A stretch of DNA of 64,000 nucleotides from Candidatus Omnitrophota bacterium (GCA_028713155.1 JAQTPA010000002.1:8680-72679); one strand, 5' to 3'. Counted from the first letter of the stretch, positions 10,148 to 19,110 are shown. Numbers and translations are program-made. The notes: a model not told the origin generated them from the sequence alone.

Positions 10148-10557
10148 ATCTGCCCAGGAAAGCTTTTACCTTAATTGAACTGATCATTGTCGTAGTAATC
10201 ATCGGTATACTCGCCCTTATTGCCATACCGCGCTATTTTGCTAATGTAGCCAAAGCTCAAAAATCACAAGCATATACCACTCTAGATGTTATAAGACAAG
10301 CATTATTGGGCTATTATGCGGTTTATGGAACTTATCCTATAAATAATGTCTGGCCCATTGTAGTAACTATTGATGGAGAGACTATTATGAGTGTAAGTAA
10401 TCCTAGCACTGCATCACGAAGTTATTATCACCAGAACGGCGTGGGAGGCGGCTCAAGTCCTGGTGATGGCTGTTGGGTGTACTTTTCAGACAGGACGCCC
10501 TCTTGTTTCTATCAACTATACATAAGTGGGAAAACATTGCAAACATGTACGCCGTAG
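10144..10557 (+). CDS. Prepilin-type N-terminal cleavage/methylation domain protein (type IV pilin / pseudopilin-like)
   Basis: N-terminus MNLPRKAFTLIELIIVVVIIGILALIAIP matches the class III signal and methylated Phe+1/Glu+5 pilin motif. C-terminal cysteines allow a disulfide. Start shows ATGA overlap with the heptosyltransferase stop. The gene is visibly more AT-rich than its neighbours. Confidence 0.7.
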   Translation: MNLPRKAFTLIELIIVVVIIGILALIAIPRYFANVAKAQKSQAYTTLDVIRQALLGYYAVYGTYPINNVWPIVVTIDGETIMSVSNPSTASRSYYHQNGVGGGSSPGDGCWVYFSDRTPSCFYQLYISGKTLQTCTP

Positions 10558-10569
10558 CCTAAGAAACGG

Positions 10570-10612
10570 GGTCAGGTTTATTTTATATAAATATAATTCT
10601 GACCTATCTTTT
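10570..10612 (+). terminator. Possible hairpin terminator after the pilin-like gene (weak)
   Basis: Stem ggtcag/ctgacc (6 bp) encloses a 23-nt AT-rich loop and is followed by tatcttttta. Confidence 0.25.
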
Positions 10613-10675
10613 TATAGAATCTCCATCCGCGTAACTTGCCCGCGTCATTTATAAGCATAATTTATCGTTGTCTTT

Positions 10676-10772
10676 TAGCGGGTGGCTTGGTTTGGTTTCG
10701 AGCAGGGCATGTGAAGTCCAGTAAGCAAGTGTCCCAGCGAGAAACAAGCCAAGACAGGATCCGCGTAAGGTT
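10676..10772 (+). repeat. Palindromic ~95-bp intergenic repeat element, full copy A
   Basis: Termini TTAGCGG...CCGCGTAA are inverted repeats. The internal arms GGCTTGGTTTGGTTTC and GAAACAAGCCAAGAC are near-complementary. An ~85%-identical inverted copy lies at 45632-45719, and fragments lie at 47702-47732 and 48301-48318. A short 3'-end fragment (atccgcgtaa) also occurs at 10625-10634. Confidence 0.7.
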
Positions 10773-10859
10773 ATAATCGTAAAATCATAATTTAGAGAAT
10801 AAATATCCTAAATATCTAGTTGATTTAGCGCCAGATTGTGCTAAAATTATTACTTCGCC

Positions 10860-11789
10860 ATGATTAATATAAATAAGGTTAAGACATATTCGGTTAGAGA
10901 GCGCGCAAGTAAGGTGAACCTGGCGGATTTTGCCCGGATACCGGCTAAGCATAAGAGCTTCTCGCGCTTCTATAATTCTTTGCCTAATATCTTAAAGGCA
11001 AAGGAGTTACGCAGTGTGGCGAGCGACTTAGTGCGGGCCCGTAAAAAGGGTAAAGCAGTTATATTCATGGCCGGCGCGCACGTTATAAAATGCGGGCTTA
11101 ATCCGGTATTAATTGAGTTGATTAAAAAGAAGGTAATTACCTGTATCGCTTTAAACGGAGCAGGTATAATCCACGATTTTGAAATCGCCTTGCAGGGAAA
11201 AACTTCCGAAGATGTCGCCGAGAATCTCAAAACCGGAAAATTCGGCATGGGCCGGGAGACCGCGGAATTTATTAATGCCGCGGTAAAAGAAGGCGCTGGA
11301 AAAGGCCTGGGCTTAGGGCTTTCGGTAGCCAAAAAGATAGCTGCTTGTGCTTTGCGCCATAAAAGTTTGAGCCTTTTATACAATGCTTATAAATATAAAG
11401 TCCCGGTTTGCGTTTTCGTCGGTATTGGCACGGATATTATCCATCAACACCCTTCGTTTAACGCCGGTTTAACCGGCCAGGCTAGCCACCGGGATTTTTG
11501 CACCTTAACGGAAAATATCCGTTCCCTGAATAAAGGGGGCGTAGTTTTAAATTTCGGTTCAAGCGTGGTCCTTCCGGAAGTATTTTTAAAGGCCCTGAAT
11601 CTGGCGCGCAACCTGGGTAATAAAGTCAGAGACTTTACCAGCGCGAATTTTGATATGATTTATCAATACCGGGCGCTGCAAAACGTAGTCAGCCGCCCGA
11701 CGGAATCAAGCGCTAAAGGCCATTATATAATCGGCCATCATGAAATAATGTTGCCGCTTTTAGCGCAGGCAGTAATCGAAAATCTATGA
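10860..11789 (+). CDS. Deoxyhypusine synthase-like (DS family) protein; function in this context unknown
   Basis: 309 aa. The stretch AVIFMAGAHVIKCGLNPVLIELIKKKVITCIALNGAGIIHDFE resembles the Rossmann-like NAD-binding core of deoxyhypusine synthase, and a second glycine-rich box VGIGTDIIHQHP follows. This is a family-level guess from memory only. Confidence 0.4.
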   Translation: MININKVKTYSVRERASKVNLADFARIPAKHKSFSRFYNSLPNILKAKELRSVASDLVRARKKGKAVIFMAGAHVIKCGLNPVLIELIKKKVITCIALNGAGIIHDFEIALQGKTSEDVAENLKTGKFGMGRETAEFINAAVKEGAGKGLGLGLSVAKKIAACALRHKSLSLLYNAYKYKVPVCVFVGIGTDIIHQHPSFNAGLTGQASHRDFCTLTENIRSLNKGGVVLNFGSSVVLPEVFLKALNLARNLGNKVRDFTSANFDMIYQYRALQNVVSRPTESSAKGHYIIGHHEIMLPLLAQAVIENL

Positions 11790-12799
11790 AAAATCTTAAA
11801 GATATAATCCACAGGCTCAATAAAGCCAGGGTACTGGTTATCGGCGATTTAATCCTGGATGAGTATGTTTGGGGCAAGGTAGAGAGGATTTCGCCGGAAG
11901 CGCCTGTGCCGGTAGTCTGGGCCAATAAACGCACGCATGTGCCCGGGGGCGCGGCGAACGTCGCCAACAATATCCGGTCATTTGAGGCCAAGGTTTATTT
12001 GGCCGGCGTTATCGGCAACGACCCTAATGCCCGGATACTCCTGTCGGAATTAAAGAAAAACAAGATAGATACCAGAGGTATCTGTATGGAGCCGGACAGG
12101 TACACGACAGTCAAGACCCGGATTATCTCCGGCCACCAGCAGGTAGTCAGGGTGGACTGGGAGCATACCGAGGCCCTGCGCCGGGAGACCACGCGCAAAA
12201 TTTTTAATTTTATTAAAAATAATATCGATGATTTTGACGCTATCATTATCGAGGATTACGGTAAGGGCGTAATTAATGCCCAGTTATTAGAGGGCGTGAT
12301 TTTACTTGCCCAGTCCCATAAAAAGATTATCACGATTGACCCGAAAGAAGACCATTTTCAATACTACCGCCAGGTAACTGCTATTACCCCCAATCGCAAA
12401 GAGCTGGAGAATGCGGTGAGGAATTTAAAGATTAAGGATAATAAAAATAAGCTCAAGCTGGAGAGCGATAAATTATTTACGGATAAAGATATTGACCTGG
12501 CCGGCCGGCAGATCTTAGAATATTTAGGCCTGGATTCTTTGCTGGTTACTTTGGGTGAACAAGGGATGAAATTGTTTGAAAAGGGTAAAACCCCTACGCA
12601 TATACCGACTGTAACGCAGGAGGTATTTGATGTCTCCGGCGCCGGCGATACGGTAATATCCACTTTTACCCTCGGGCTTTGTGCCGGGGCGGCTAAGTTG
12701 GAAGCCGCGCATATCGCAAATTTCGCCGCGGGTATTGTCGTAGGTAAAATCGGCACAGCCACAACCACCCGCGCCGAACTTTTAAAGAGGTTAGGTTAA
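11786..12799 (+). CDS. hldA: D-glycero-beta-D-manno-heptose-7-phosphate kinase (RfaE/HldE domain I, PfkB family), stand-alone
   Basis: VLVIGDLILDEYVWGKVERISPEAPVPVV is the RfaE N-terminal signature and DVSGAGDTVI is the PfkB anion-hole motif. At 337 aa there is no adenylyltransferase domain. Confidence 0.85.
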   Translation: MKNLKDIIHRLNKARVLVIGDLILDEYVWGKVERISPEAPVPVVWANKRTHVPGGAANVANNIRSFEAKVYLAGVIGNDPNARILLSELKKNKIDTRGICMEPDRYTTVKTRIISGHQQVVRVDWEHTEALRRETTRKIFNFIKNNIDDFDAIIIEDYGKGVINAQLLEGVILLAQSHKKIITIDPKEDHFQYYRQVTAITPNRKELENAVRNLKIKDNKNKLKLESDKLFTDKDIDLAGRQILEYLGLDSLLVTLGEQGMKLFEKGKTPTHIPTVTQEVFDVSGAGDTVISTFTLGLCAGAAKLEAAHIANFAAGIVVGKIGTATTTRAELLKRLG

Positions 12800-12800
12800 A

Positions 12801-13538
12801 ATGGACGTAATCGGAGTTATTCCGGCCAGGTTTTCTTCCACCAGGTTTGAGGGAAAAATTTTAGCCAAGATATCCGGCCAACCGATGCTCCAGTTGGTTT
12901 ATGAGCGGGCAAAACAGGCCAGGCTGCTGGAAGATGTCATTATTGCCTGCGACCATGAGTTGGTAGCGGACACTGCCCGGGAGTTCGGGGCTAAAGTGAT
13001 TATGACTTCTAAGAGCCACATTTCAGGCACCGACAGGATCAGCGAAGTGGTCAATCCGCTGGATGTAAAAATAGTAGTAAATATCCAGGCAGATGAACCG
13101 TTAATCCACCCGAGTATGATCGATAGCGTGGCAGCCGCGCTTTTAGACGATAAGAATCTTAACATGGCTACGTTGATGAAAAGGATAGAAGACCCTGCCT
13201 TGGTCGATGACCCGAATGTAGTCAAGGTAGTAGTGGATAAGAATAATTTCGCGCTCTATTTTTCACGCGCCGCTATTCCGTATTTAGCGCTTAACGCCGA
13301 GGTCAAACAGCCGGCCTATTTTAAGCATATCGGGCTCTACGGTTATACTAAAGATTTTCTTTTCACTTATAAGAACCTGCCGGTTTCTGATTTAGAGAAG
13401 ACCGAGCGCCTGGAGCAGCTGCGGGCCCTGGAAGAAGGTTTTCGGATCAAGGTCATTGAGACTAATTTTGATACGATAGGCGTAGATACGCCGGAGGACC
13501 TGGAAAGAGTTAAGCTTATCTTACAAAAGCTTGCCTGA
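12801..13538 (+). CDS. kdsB: 3-deoxy-manno-octulosonate cytidylyltransferase (CMP-KDO synthetase)
   Basis: VIGVIPARFSSTRFEGKIL N-terminal motif; 245 aa. Confidence 0.9.
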   Translation: MDVIGVIPARFSSTRFEGKILAKISGQPMLQLVYERAKQARLLEDVIIACDHELVADTAREFGAKVIMTSKSHISGTDRISEVVNPLDVKIVVNIQADEPLIHPSMIDSVAAALLDDKNLNMATLMKRIEDPALVDDPNVVKVVVDKNNFALYFSRAAIPYLALNAEVKQPAYFKHIGLYGYTKDFLFTYKNLPVSDLEKTERLEQLRALEEGFRIKVIETNFDTIGVDTPEDLERVKLILQKLA

Positions 13539-13560
13539 CGGCAGGCAGGGATAAAATATA

Positions 13561-14373
13561 ATGCAGGAGATAATCGTAAGGAATATCCGCATAGGCGAAA
13601 AAAGGCCATCCGTGCTTATAGCCGGGCCTTGCGTGATCGAATCTCAGGCGCTCTGCCTGGATACTGCCAAGAGAATCAAGGATATCGCGTATAAACTCGG
13701 CATCCCCTATATTTTTAAATCCAGCTTTGATAAGGCTAACCGCATGTCTATAGGTTCTTTTCGCGGGCCGGGGATAAAAAAGGGTTTAGAAATCTTAAAT
13801 AAGGTTAAGCAGCAGGTCAAAGTCCCGGTATTAAGCGATGTGCATTGCGCTAAAGATATGGCCGAGGCAGCCAAAGTTTTGGATATTATCCAGATACCCG
13901 CATTTTTATCGCGGCAGACAGATATCGTGCTCGCCGCTGCCCGCACCGGTAAAGTAGTCAATATCAAGAAAGGGCAATTCTTAGCCCCCTGGGATATCCT
14001 GCCGATTATCCGCAAGGTTGAATCCGTAGGCAATAAAAAGATTATCATTACCGAGCGGGGAGTGAGTTTTGGTTATAATAACCTGGTTTCGGATTTCCGG
14101 GCTTTACAGATTATGCGTGAATTCGGGTATCCCGTAATTTACGACGCTACGCACAGCATACAAGTCCCCGGAGGCAAGGGTACCTCTTCGGGGGGAGAGC
14201 GCCAGTTTGTCGAAGGACTTTCCCGAGCGGCAATTGCCTTTGGCTGCGACGGCTTATTTTTAGAAGTACATCCTCAACCCGGGAGCGCTCTTTGCGATGG
14301 CCCGAATATGATTAATCTGAAAGACCTGGAAAAGCTCTTAAAGCAGGTTAAGTCGATCGAGGAAGCGCTATGA
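13561..14373 (+). CDS. kdsA: 2-dehydro-3-deoxyphosphooctonate aldolase (KDO8P synthase)
   Basis: AGPCVIES and IFKSSFDKANR motifs; 270 aa. Confidence 0.9.
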   Translation: MQEIIVRNIRIGEKRPSVLIAGPCVIESQALCLDTAKRIKDIAYKLGIPYIFKSSFDKANRMSIGSFRGPGIKKGLEILNKVKQQVKVPVLSDVHCAKDMAEAAKVLDIIQIPAFLSRQTDIVLAAARTGKVVNIKKGQFLAPWDILPIIRKVESVGNKKIIITERGVSFGYNNLVSDFRALQIMREFGYPVIYDATHSIQVPGGKGTSSGGERQFVEGLSRAAIAFGCDGLFLEVHPQPGSALCDGPNMINLKDLEKLLKQVKSIEEAL

Positions 14374-15338
14374 AGATAAATGTGCTTAAGAGGGCAAAAG
14401 AAGTCCTGGATATTGAGGCTCAAGCGATAAAAAACTTAAAGACGCACATAGGCAATAATTTTAAAAACGCCGTCAATATCATCCTTAAAACAAAAGGCCG
14501 GGCCATTGTCAGCGGTATGGGTAAAACCGGGATCATCGCCCAGAAATTTTCCGCGACCCTGGCTTCAACCGGAACCCCAAGTTTATTTTTACATACTGCC
14601 GAGGCCATTCACGGAGACCTGGGTAAGGTGACAGCTGACGACGTAGTAATTATACTTTCTAACAGCGGCTCAACCGAGGAGATGAAGCAACTCGTACCTT
14701 TATTGAAGAAGATAGGCTGTAAGATAATTGCCCTTACCGGCAACATCAAATCTATTCTAGCGAAATACAGCGATGTAGTTTTGGATATCTCGGTAAAAAA
14801 AGAAGCCTGTCCGTTAGGCCTGGCTCCTACCGCTTCTACTACGGCAGCCCTGGCTATGGCCGATGCTTTGGCTGTGTGCCTGTTGGAATTAAAAGGTTTT
14901 AAAGAAAAAGATTTTGCCTTTTTTCATCCCGGAGGGGCTTTAGGCAGGCGTTTACTCTTAAGCGTAGGAGATATCATGCGCTCAGGTCCGGCTAACCCCA
15001 TAGTCAAAGAGGATGAAAAAGTTTCCAAAGTGCTCCTTAAAATTACCCAGGCCCGTGCGGGTTCGGCTACTGTCGTGGACGCAAAAGGAAAATTAAAAGG
15101 GATATTTACCGACGGCGACCTACGCCGCCATGTTGAGATAGACAGGAATTTGGCCTTACGCCGGATAAAAGAGGTCATGACTAAAGACCCTACTGTTGTT
15201 TATCAGGATATGCTGGCTCTGGAGGCTTTAGGCATATTACGGGAAAAAAAGATTGATGAATTGCCCGTAGTAGATAAAAATAAACATCCGGTAGGGCTTT
15301 TGGATGTGCAGGACCTTTTAAAGGCAGGATTGGTCTAG
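14370..15338 (+). CDS. kdsD: Arabinose-5-phosphate isomerase (SIS domain + tandem CBS)
   Basis: The SIS motif SGMGKTGIIAQKF...TGTPSLFLHTAEAIHGDLG is followed by a C-terminal CBS pair. Confidence 0.85.
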   Translation: MKINVLKRAKEVLDIEAQAIKNLKTHIGNNFKNAVNIILKTKGRAIVSGMGKTGIIAQKFSATLASTGTPSLFLHTAEAIHGDLGKVTADDVVIILSNSGSTEEMKQLVPLLKKIGCKIIALTGNIKSILAKYSDVVLDISVKKEACPLGLAPTASTTAALAMADALAVCLLELKGFKEKDFAFFHPGGALGRRLLLSVGDIMRSGPANPIVKEDEKVSKVLLKITQARAGSATVVDAKGKLKGIFTDGDLRRHVEIDRNLALRRIKEVMTKDPTVVYQDMLALEALGILREKKIDELPVVDKNKHPVGLLDVQDLLKAGLV

Positions 15339-15342
15339 AGAA

Positions 15343-15885
15343 ATGCCCGAGAATACATTTAAAGAAGAATTAAGAGAGCGCGCCAGAAAAATAAAAATCC
15401 TGCTTCTGGACGTGGACGGCGTTTTGACCGACGGACGGATTATCTACGATTCCAAGGGCAGGGATTCAAAATTTTTTGATGTGCACGACGGCCTGGGGGC
15501 TTATGCCTTGTATAAGGCAGGGATTAAAACTATTATCGTTACCGCCAAGAGTTCAATGGCGATTAAGCCCAGGGCGCGCGATATGCACGTAGCCGAAGTC
15601 TTCGTAGACATCTCTCCTAAAAGCGCGATATTGGCTAAAATTTTAAAGAAATACCGCGTAACCAAAGATGAGGTTTGTTTTGTGGGAGATGACCTGGTAG
15701 ACCTGGGGTTGATGAAGAAAGTGGGTTTACCTATCGCCGTATTTAATGCCTGTCCCGAGATCAAACAGGTTGCCGGCTACATCACTATCAATCACGGCGG
15801 CCGGGGCGCCGTGCGTGAGATTGCCGAATTAATCCTCAAAAGCCAAGGTAAATGGGAAGAGATTGTTAGATTTTATGAAGTTTAA
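15343..15885 (+). CDS. kdsC: KDO 8-phosphate phosphatase (HAD family)
   Basis: ILLLDVDGVLTDGRI HAD motif I; 180 aa. It sits in the conserved position before lptC/lptA/lptB. Confidence 0.85.
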   Translation: MPENTFKEELRERARKIKILLLDVDGVLTDGRIIYDSKGRDSKFFDVHDGLGAYALYKAGIKTIIVTAKSSMAIKPRARDMHVAEVFVDISPKSAILAKILKKYRVTKDEVCFVGDDLVDLGLMKKVGLPIAVFNACPEIKQVAGYITINHGGRGAVREIAELILKSQGKWEEIVRFYEV

Positions 15886-16789
15886 GGGAACGGCGCTTGT
15901 TTTCATATTTTTTTTATTTTTCAGCCTTGCCTTTGGCGCTACTGCGGATAGCCAGAAATCAGAACAGCAAATCGGCGATTTTTCCCTATCGGGTTACGGC
16001 GAAAAAGGCAAAAAGAGTTGGGACCTGGCCGGTAAGTCCGCGGATATATTCACGGATGAAGTCAAATTAAAAGATGTAAACGGTAATTTATACGGTAAAG
16101 ATGAAGACATAAATCTTACCGCCAAAACCGGCGATTTTAATAAGGCAAACGGCAAAGTGCATTTGGAGAAAAACGTAGTAATTACTACGTCTAAGGGAGC
16201 CAAACTTACGACCGACTCCATGGATTGGGATAGAAAGAACCAACTGGTCACCACCAAGGACAGGGTAAATATAGAAAAAGATAATATAAATATCACCGCT
16301 ATCGGGGCGCACGGCGAACCGAACCTAAAAAAAATTGCCTTAAATAAAGATGTCCGGGTAGATATTAACCCTTCCCTTAAAGCCGCGGCTGATCCTGGCG
16401 GCCTGGGCGTAAAAGAAAAGACTATGATTACCTGCGAAGGGTCGTTGGAAATAGATTATGAGAAAAACATTGCTACCTTTAATAAGGATGTCAAAGTAGA
16501 GAGGCCGGATTTAACGATTTATAGCGACAGGATGGACCTTTATTTTAGCGCCGGAAAAGATAACCGCCAGGAAAACAAAACTTCCCAGATCATGGGCAAT
16601 AATAAGATTGATAAGATAGTCGCGCGGGGTAATGTCAGAATTGTCCGGGGAGAGGATACTTCGTATAGCGAAGAAGCGGTGTATACTGCTGCCGATAGCC
16701 GGGTAGTCCTAAGCGGCAGGCCAAAGCTGGTTTTCTATTCTACAGAGGGTTTGGAAAATGCATCTTTTGGAAATACAAGGATTAAGTAA
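15863..16789 (+). CDS. LptC/LptA-family (OstA-like beta-jellyroll) periplasmic LPS transport protein, elongated or fused form
   Basis: N-terminal hydrophobic anchor/signal. Repeated OstA-like segments run throughout, e.g. NVRIVRGEDTSYSEEAVYTAADSRVVLSG resembling the LptA C-terminus. The position between kdsC and lptB matches the canonical kdsD-kdsC-lptC-lptA-lptB operon. At 308 aa it is roughly LptC plus LptA in length. Confidence 0.55.
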   Translation: MLDFMKFKGTALVFIFFLFFSLAFGATADSQKSEQQIGDFSLSGYGEKGKKSWDLAGKSADIFTDEVKLKDVNGNLYGKDEDINLTAKTGDFNKANGKVHLEKNVVITTSKGAKLTTDSMDWDRKNQLVTTKDRVNIEKDNINITAIGAHGEPNLKKIALNKDVRVDINPSLKAAADPGGLGVKEKTMITCEGSLEIDYEKNIATFNKDVKVERPDLTIYSDRMDLYFSAGKDNRQENKTSQIMGNNKIDKIVARGNVRIVRGEDTSYSEEAVYTAADSRVVLSGRPKLVFYSTEGLENASFGNTRIK

Positions 16790-17480
16790 ATCTTATAACG
16801 GAAGACAAGTCGTCAAGGGTGTTGACATTATGGTCAAGCGCTCAGAAATCGTCGGGCTACTTGGCCCCAATGGCGCGGGTAAAACTACTACCTTCTACAT
16901 GGTGGTAGGGATTATTCCTCCTAACCGCGGTAAGATCGTCTTTGATAATAATGATATAACTAATTTATCCATTCATGAGCGGGCGCACTTTGGTATCGGC
17001 TATCTCTCGCAGGAGGCATCCATTTTCCGCAAACTTACCGTGGAAGAAAATATTATGGCTATTTTGGAGACGCTTCCCCTGGGCCGGCCCGAGCGTAAAA
17101 GGCGCCTGGAGAGCCTGCTCAACGAACTGAATATAGCGCATCTAGCCAGAAATAAGGCTTTTACCTTGTCCGGCGGAGAGCGCAGGCGCCTGGAGATTAC
17201 CCGGGCCCTGGTCACCAACCCTTCTTTCATACTCCTGGATGAGCCGTTTTCCGGGATTGACCCGATCGTCGTCAATGAGGCACAGGAGATTATTAAGGAA
17301 TTAAAGGAGAAGGGATTGGGAATTTTGCTTACTGACCATAATGTAAGAGAGACGCTTTCGATAACGGACCGGGCCTATTTAATTGCCGAAGGCCGGATCC
17401 TTATTTCAGGGACAGCGGAGGAGTTGATTAACAATCCTCAGGCGCGCCAGATCTACCTGGGGGAAAAATTCAGAATGTAA
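16758..17480 (+). CDS. lptB: LPS export ABC transporter ATP-binding protein
   Basis: Walker A GPNGAGKTT, ABC signature LSGGERRRLEITRAL, Walker B ILLDEP. Confidence 0.9.
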   Translation: MHLLEIQGLSKSYNGRQVVKGVDIMVKRSEIVGLLGPNGAGKTTTFYMVVGIIPPNRGKIVFDNNDITNLSIHERAHFGIGYLSQEASIFRKLTVEENIMAILETLPLGRPERKRRLESLLNELNIAHLARNKAFTLSGGERRRLEITRALVTNPSFILLDEPFSGIDPIVVNEAQEIIKELKEKGLGILLTDHNVRETLSITDRAYLIAEGRILISGTAEELINNPQARQIYLGEKFRM

Positions 17481-17554
17481 GTGAAGCCATGACTTATCCC
17501 GAGCTACCTTTATGAATTTGTTGTAGCGAGGGGTCTCATCAACGAAAGGGAGAA

Positions 17555-18436
17555 ATGAAAACAGAAGTGAAGAAGGTGGATAGCAATATCAGGGAACTCA
17601 ATGTTGAAATAAGCGGCGAGGTGGTAAAAAACAAATTTGAAGATGTCTTTAAGCGTATTTCCGGAGAAGCTAAAATCCCGGGATTCCGGCCGGGCCATGC
17701 CCCGCGGGATATCCTGGAAAAAAATTATGCCGGCACGGCCCATGAACAGGTGCTCAGGGAATTAGTTCCGGATATTTATAACGAAGCGGTTAATAAAGAG
17801 GGCCTGGACGTAATAGAGCTGCCCGAGATATCCGAAGTAAAGTTAGACCGTTCCTCGCTTTCTTTTAAAGCTAAGGTGGAGGTCAGCCCGGAGATTGACG
17901 TTAAGGATTATAAAGGGATTAAAATTGATTATAAGTCCGTTAGTGTTGCCGGCGACGAAGTAAAACGCGCCATTGATTCTTTAAAGGAATCGCGTAAGTT
18001 GGATAAAGTGGATGAGGCGCTCGCTAAATCTTTAGGCTATCCAAGCCTTAGCGAGCTGGAAAAAGTCCTGGATAAGCAGATTTTTATCCAGAAGGAAAAC
18101 GCCGAACGCCAGAAAATAGAGAGCCAAATTATTGAAGATTTGATTAAGAAGGTAGATTTTAAATTACCGCAAGGCCTGGTTAAGCGCCAGCTGGAAGATA
18201 TGCTCCGGCAGGCAAAAGTGGATTTGGCCTTAAAAGGGGTAGCGCGTGAAAAGATAGAAGAACAGGATGAAAAGATGCGTAAGGAACTGGACCCTGAGGC
18301 GCAAAAGCAGGTCAGGATTTACCTGATTTTAAGCGCGATAGCCAAGAAAGAGAATGTCGCGCTTGATGACCATATGCCGCGCCGGGTAATGGAATTTTTA
18401 TTTAGAGAGGCCGATTGGAAGGTAGAGAATGCCTAA
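17555..18436 (+). CDS. tig: Trigger factor, short form lacking the FKBP-type PPIase domain
   Basis: The N-terminal ribosome-binding domain carries the signature [20 protein letters not shown] (GFRxGxxP), and a C-terminal chaperone domain is present. At 293 aa versus ~430 the central PPIase domain is absent. Gene order tig-clpP is conserved. Confidence 0.75.
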   Translation: MKTEVKKVDSNIRELNVEISGEVVKNKFEDVFKRISGEAKIPGFRPGHAPRDILEKNYAGTAHEQVLRELVPDIYNEAVNKEGLDVIELPEISEVKLDRSSLSFKAKVEVSPEIDVKDYKGIKIDYKSVSVAGDEVKRAIDSLKESRKLDKVDEALAKSLGYPSLSELEKVLDKQIFIQKENAERQKIESQIIEDLIKKVDFKLPQGLVKRQLEDMLRQAKVDLALKGVAREKIEEQDEKMRKELDPEAQKQVRIYLILSAIAKKENVALDDHMPRRVMEFLFREADWKVENA

Positions 18437-19064
18437 CGCGATAAAGGAGGGTATAATGGAGACGAAAATGCAGACTTTGGTTCCCATGGTTATTGAGCAG
18501 ACCTCAAGAGGTTACGAAAGGGCCTATGATATTTACTCCCGCCTGCTTAAGGACCGGATAGTCTTTATCGGTACGCCCATTGATGACTATGTAGCGAATT
18601 TAATCATCGCCCAGATATTATTCCTGCAGATGGAAGACGTGGGCAAGGATATAAATGTCTATATTAATTCTCCGGGCGGCTCGGTTACCGCCGGGTTAGC
18701 CATTTATGATACTATGCAGTTTGTAAAATGTGACATAGCTACTTATTGCGTGGGCCAGGCCTCCAGTATGGGCGCGCTGCTTCTTTGCGCCGGCGCCAAA
18801 GGCAAGCGCCAGGCTCTGCCGAACTCCAGGATTATGATCCATCAGCCCTGGGGCGGAGTCCAGGGTCAGGCTGAAGATATATCGCGCCATGCCCAGGAAA
18901 TTTTAAAAATGCGCGATAATATTAACGAGATAATCGCGCACCATACGGGACAGGCGCTGGAGAAGGTGAAAAAGGACTCAGACAGAGATTATTTTATGTC
19001 TGCCGAAGAGGCCAAAACCTATGGTTTGGTTGACGAAGTTATTATGCCGCAGAAGAAAAAATAA
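18429..19064 (+). CDS. clpP: ATP-dependent Clp protease proteolytic subunit
   Basis: [20 protein letters not shown], the catalytic Ser in [11 protein letters not shown] and His in IMIHQP. The true start is probably an internal Met (METKMQT...). Confidence 0.9.
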   Translation: MPNAIKEGIMETKMQTLVPMVIEQTSRGYERAYDIYSRLLKDRIVFIGTPIDDYVANLIIAQILFLQMEDVGKDINVYINSPGGSVTAGLAIYDTMQFVKCDIATYCVGQASSMGALLLCAGAKGKRQALPNSRIMIHQPWGGVQGQAEDISRHAQEILKMRDNINEIIAHHTGQALEKVKKDSDRDYFMSAEEAKTYGLVDEVIMPQKKK

Positions 19065-19110
19065 ATAGGGACCGTTTCCCTAAGACTAAGACATTGAGGA
19101 GGATTTACAA

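Noticed and set aside
10676-10772. Possibility that the repeat is the 5' end of a tmRNA (GGGUGGCUUGGUUUGGUUUCGAGCAGGGC resembles the tmRNA 5' acceptor/GGAUUCGACGGG region)
   Set aside because: There is no tRNA-like T-arm/CCA 3' part and no plausible tag-reading frame. The element occurs in at least three copies, including an inverted one. The whole unit is a self-contained palindrome of ~95 nt.
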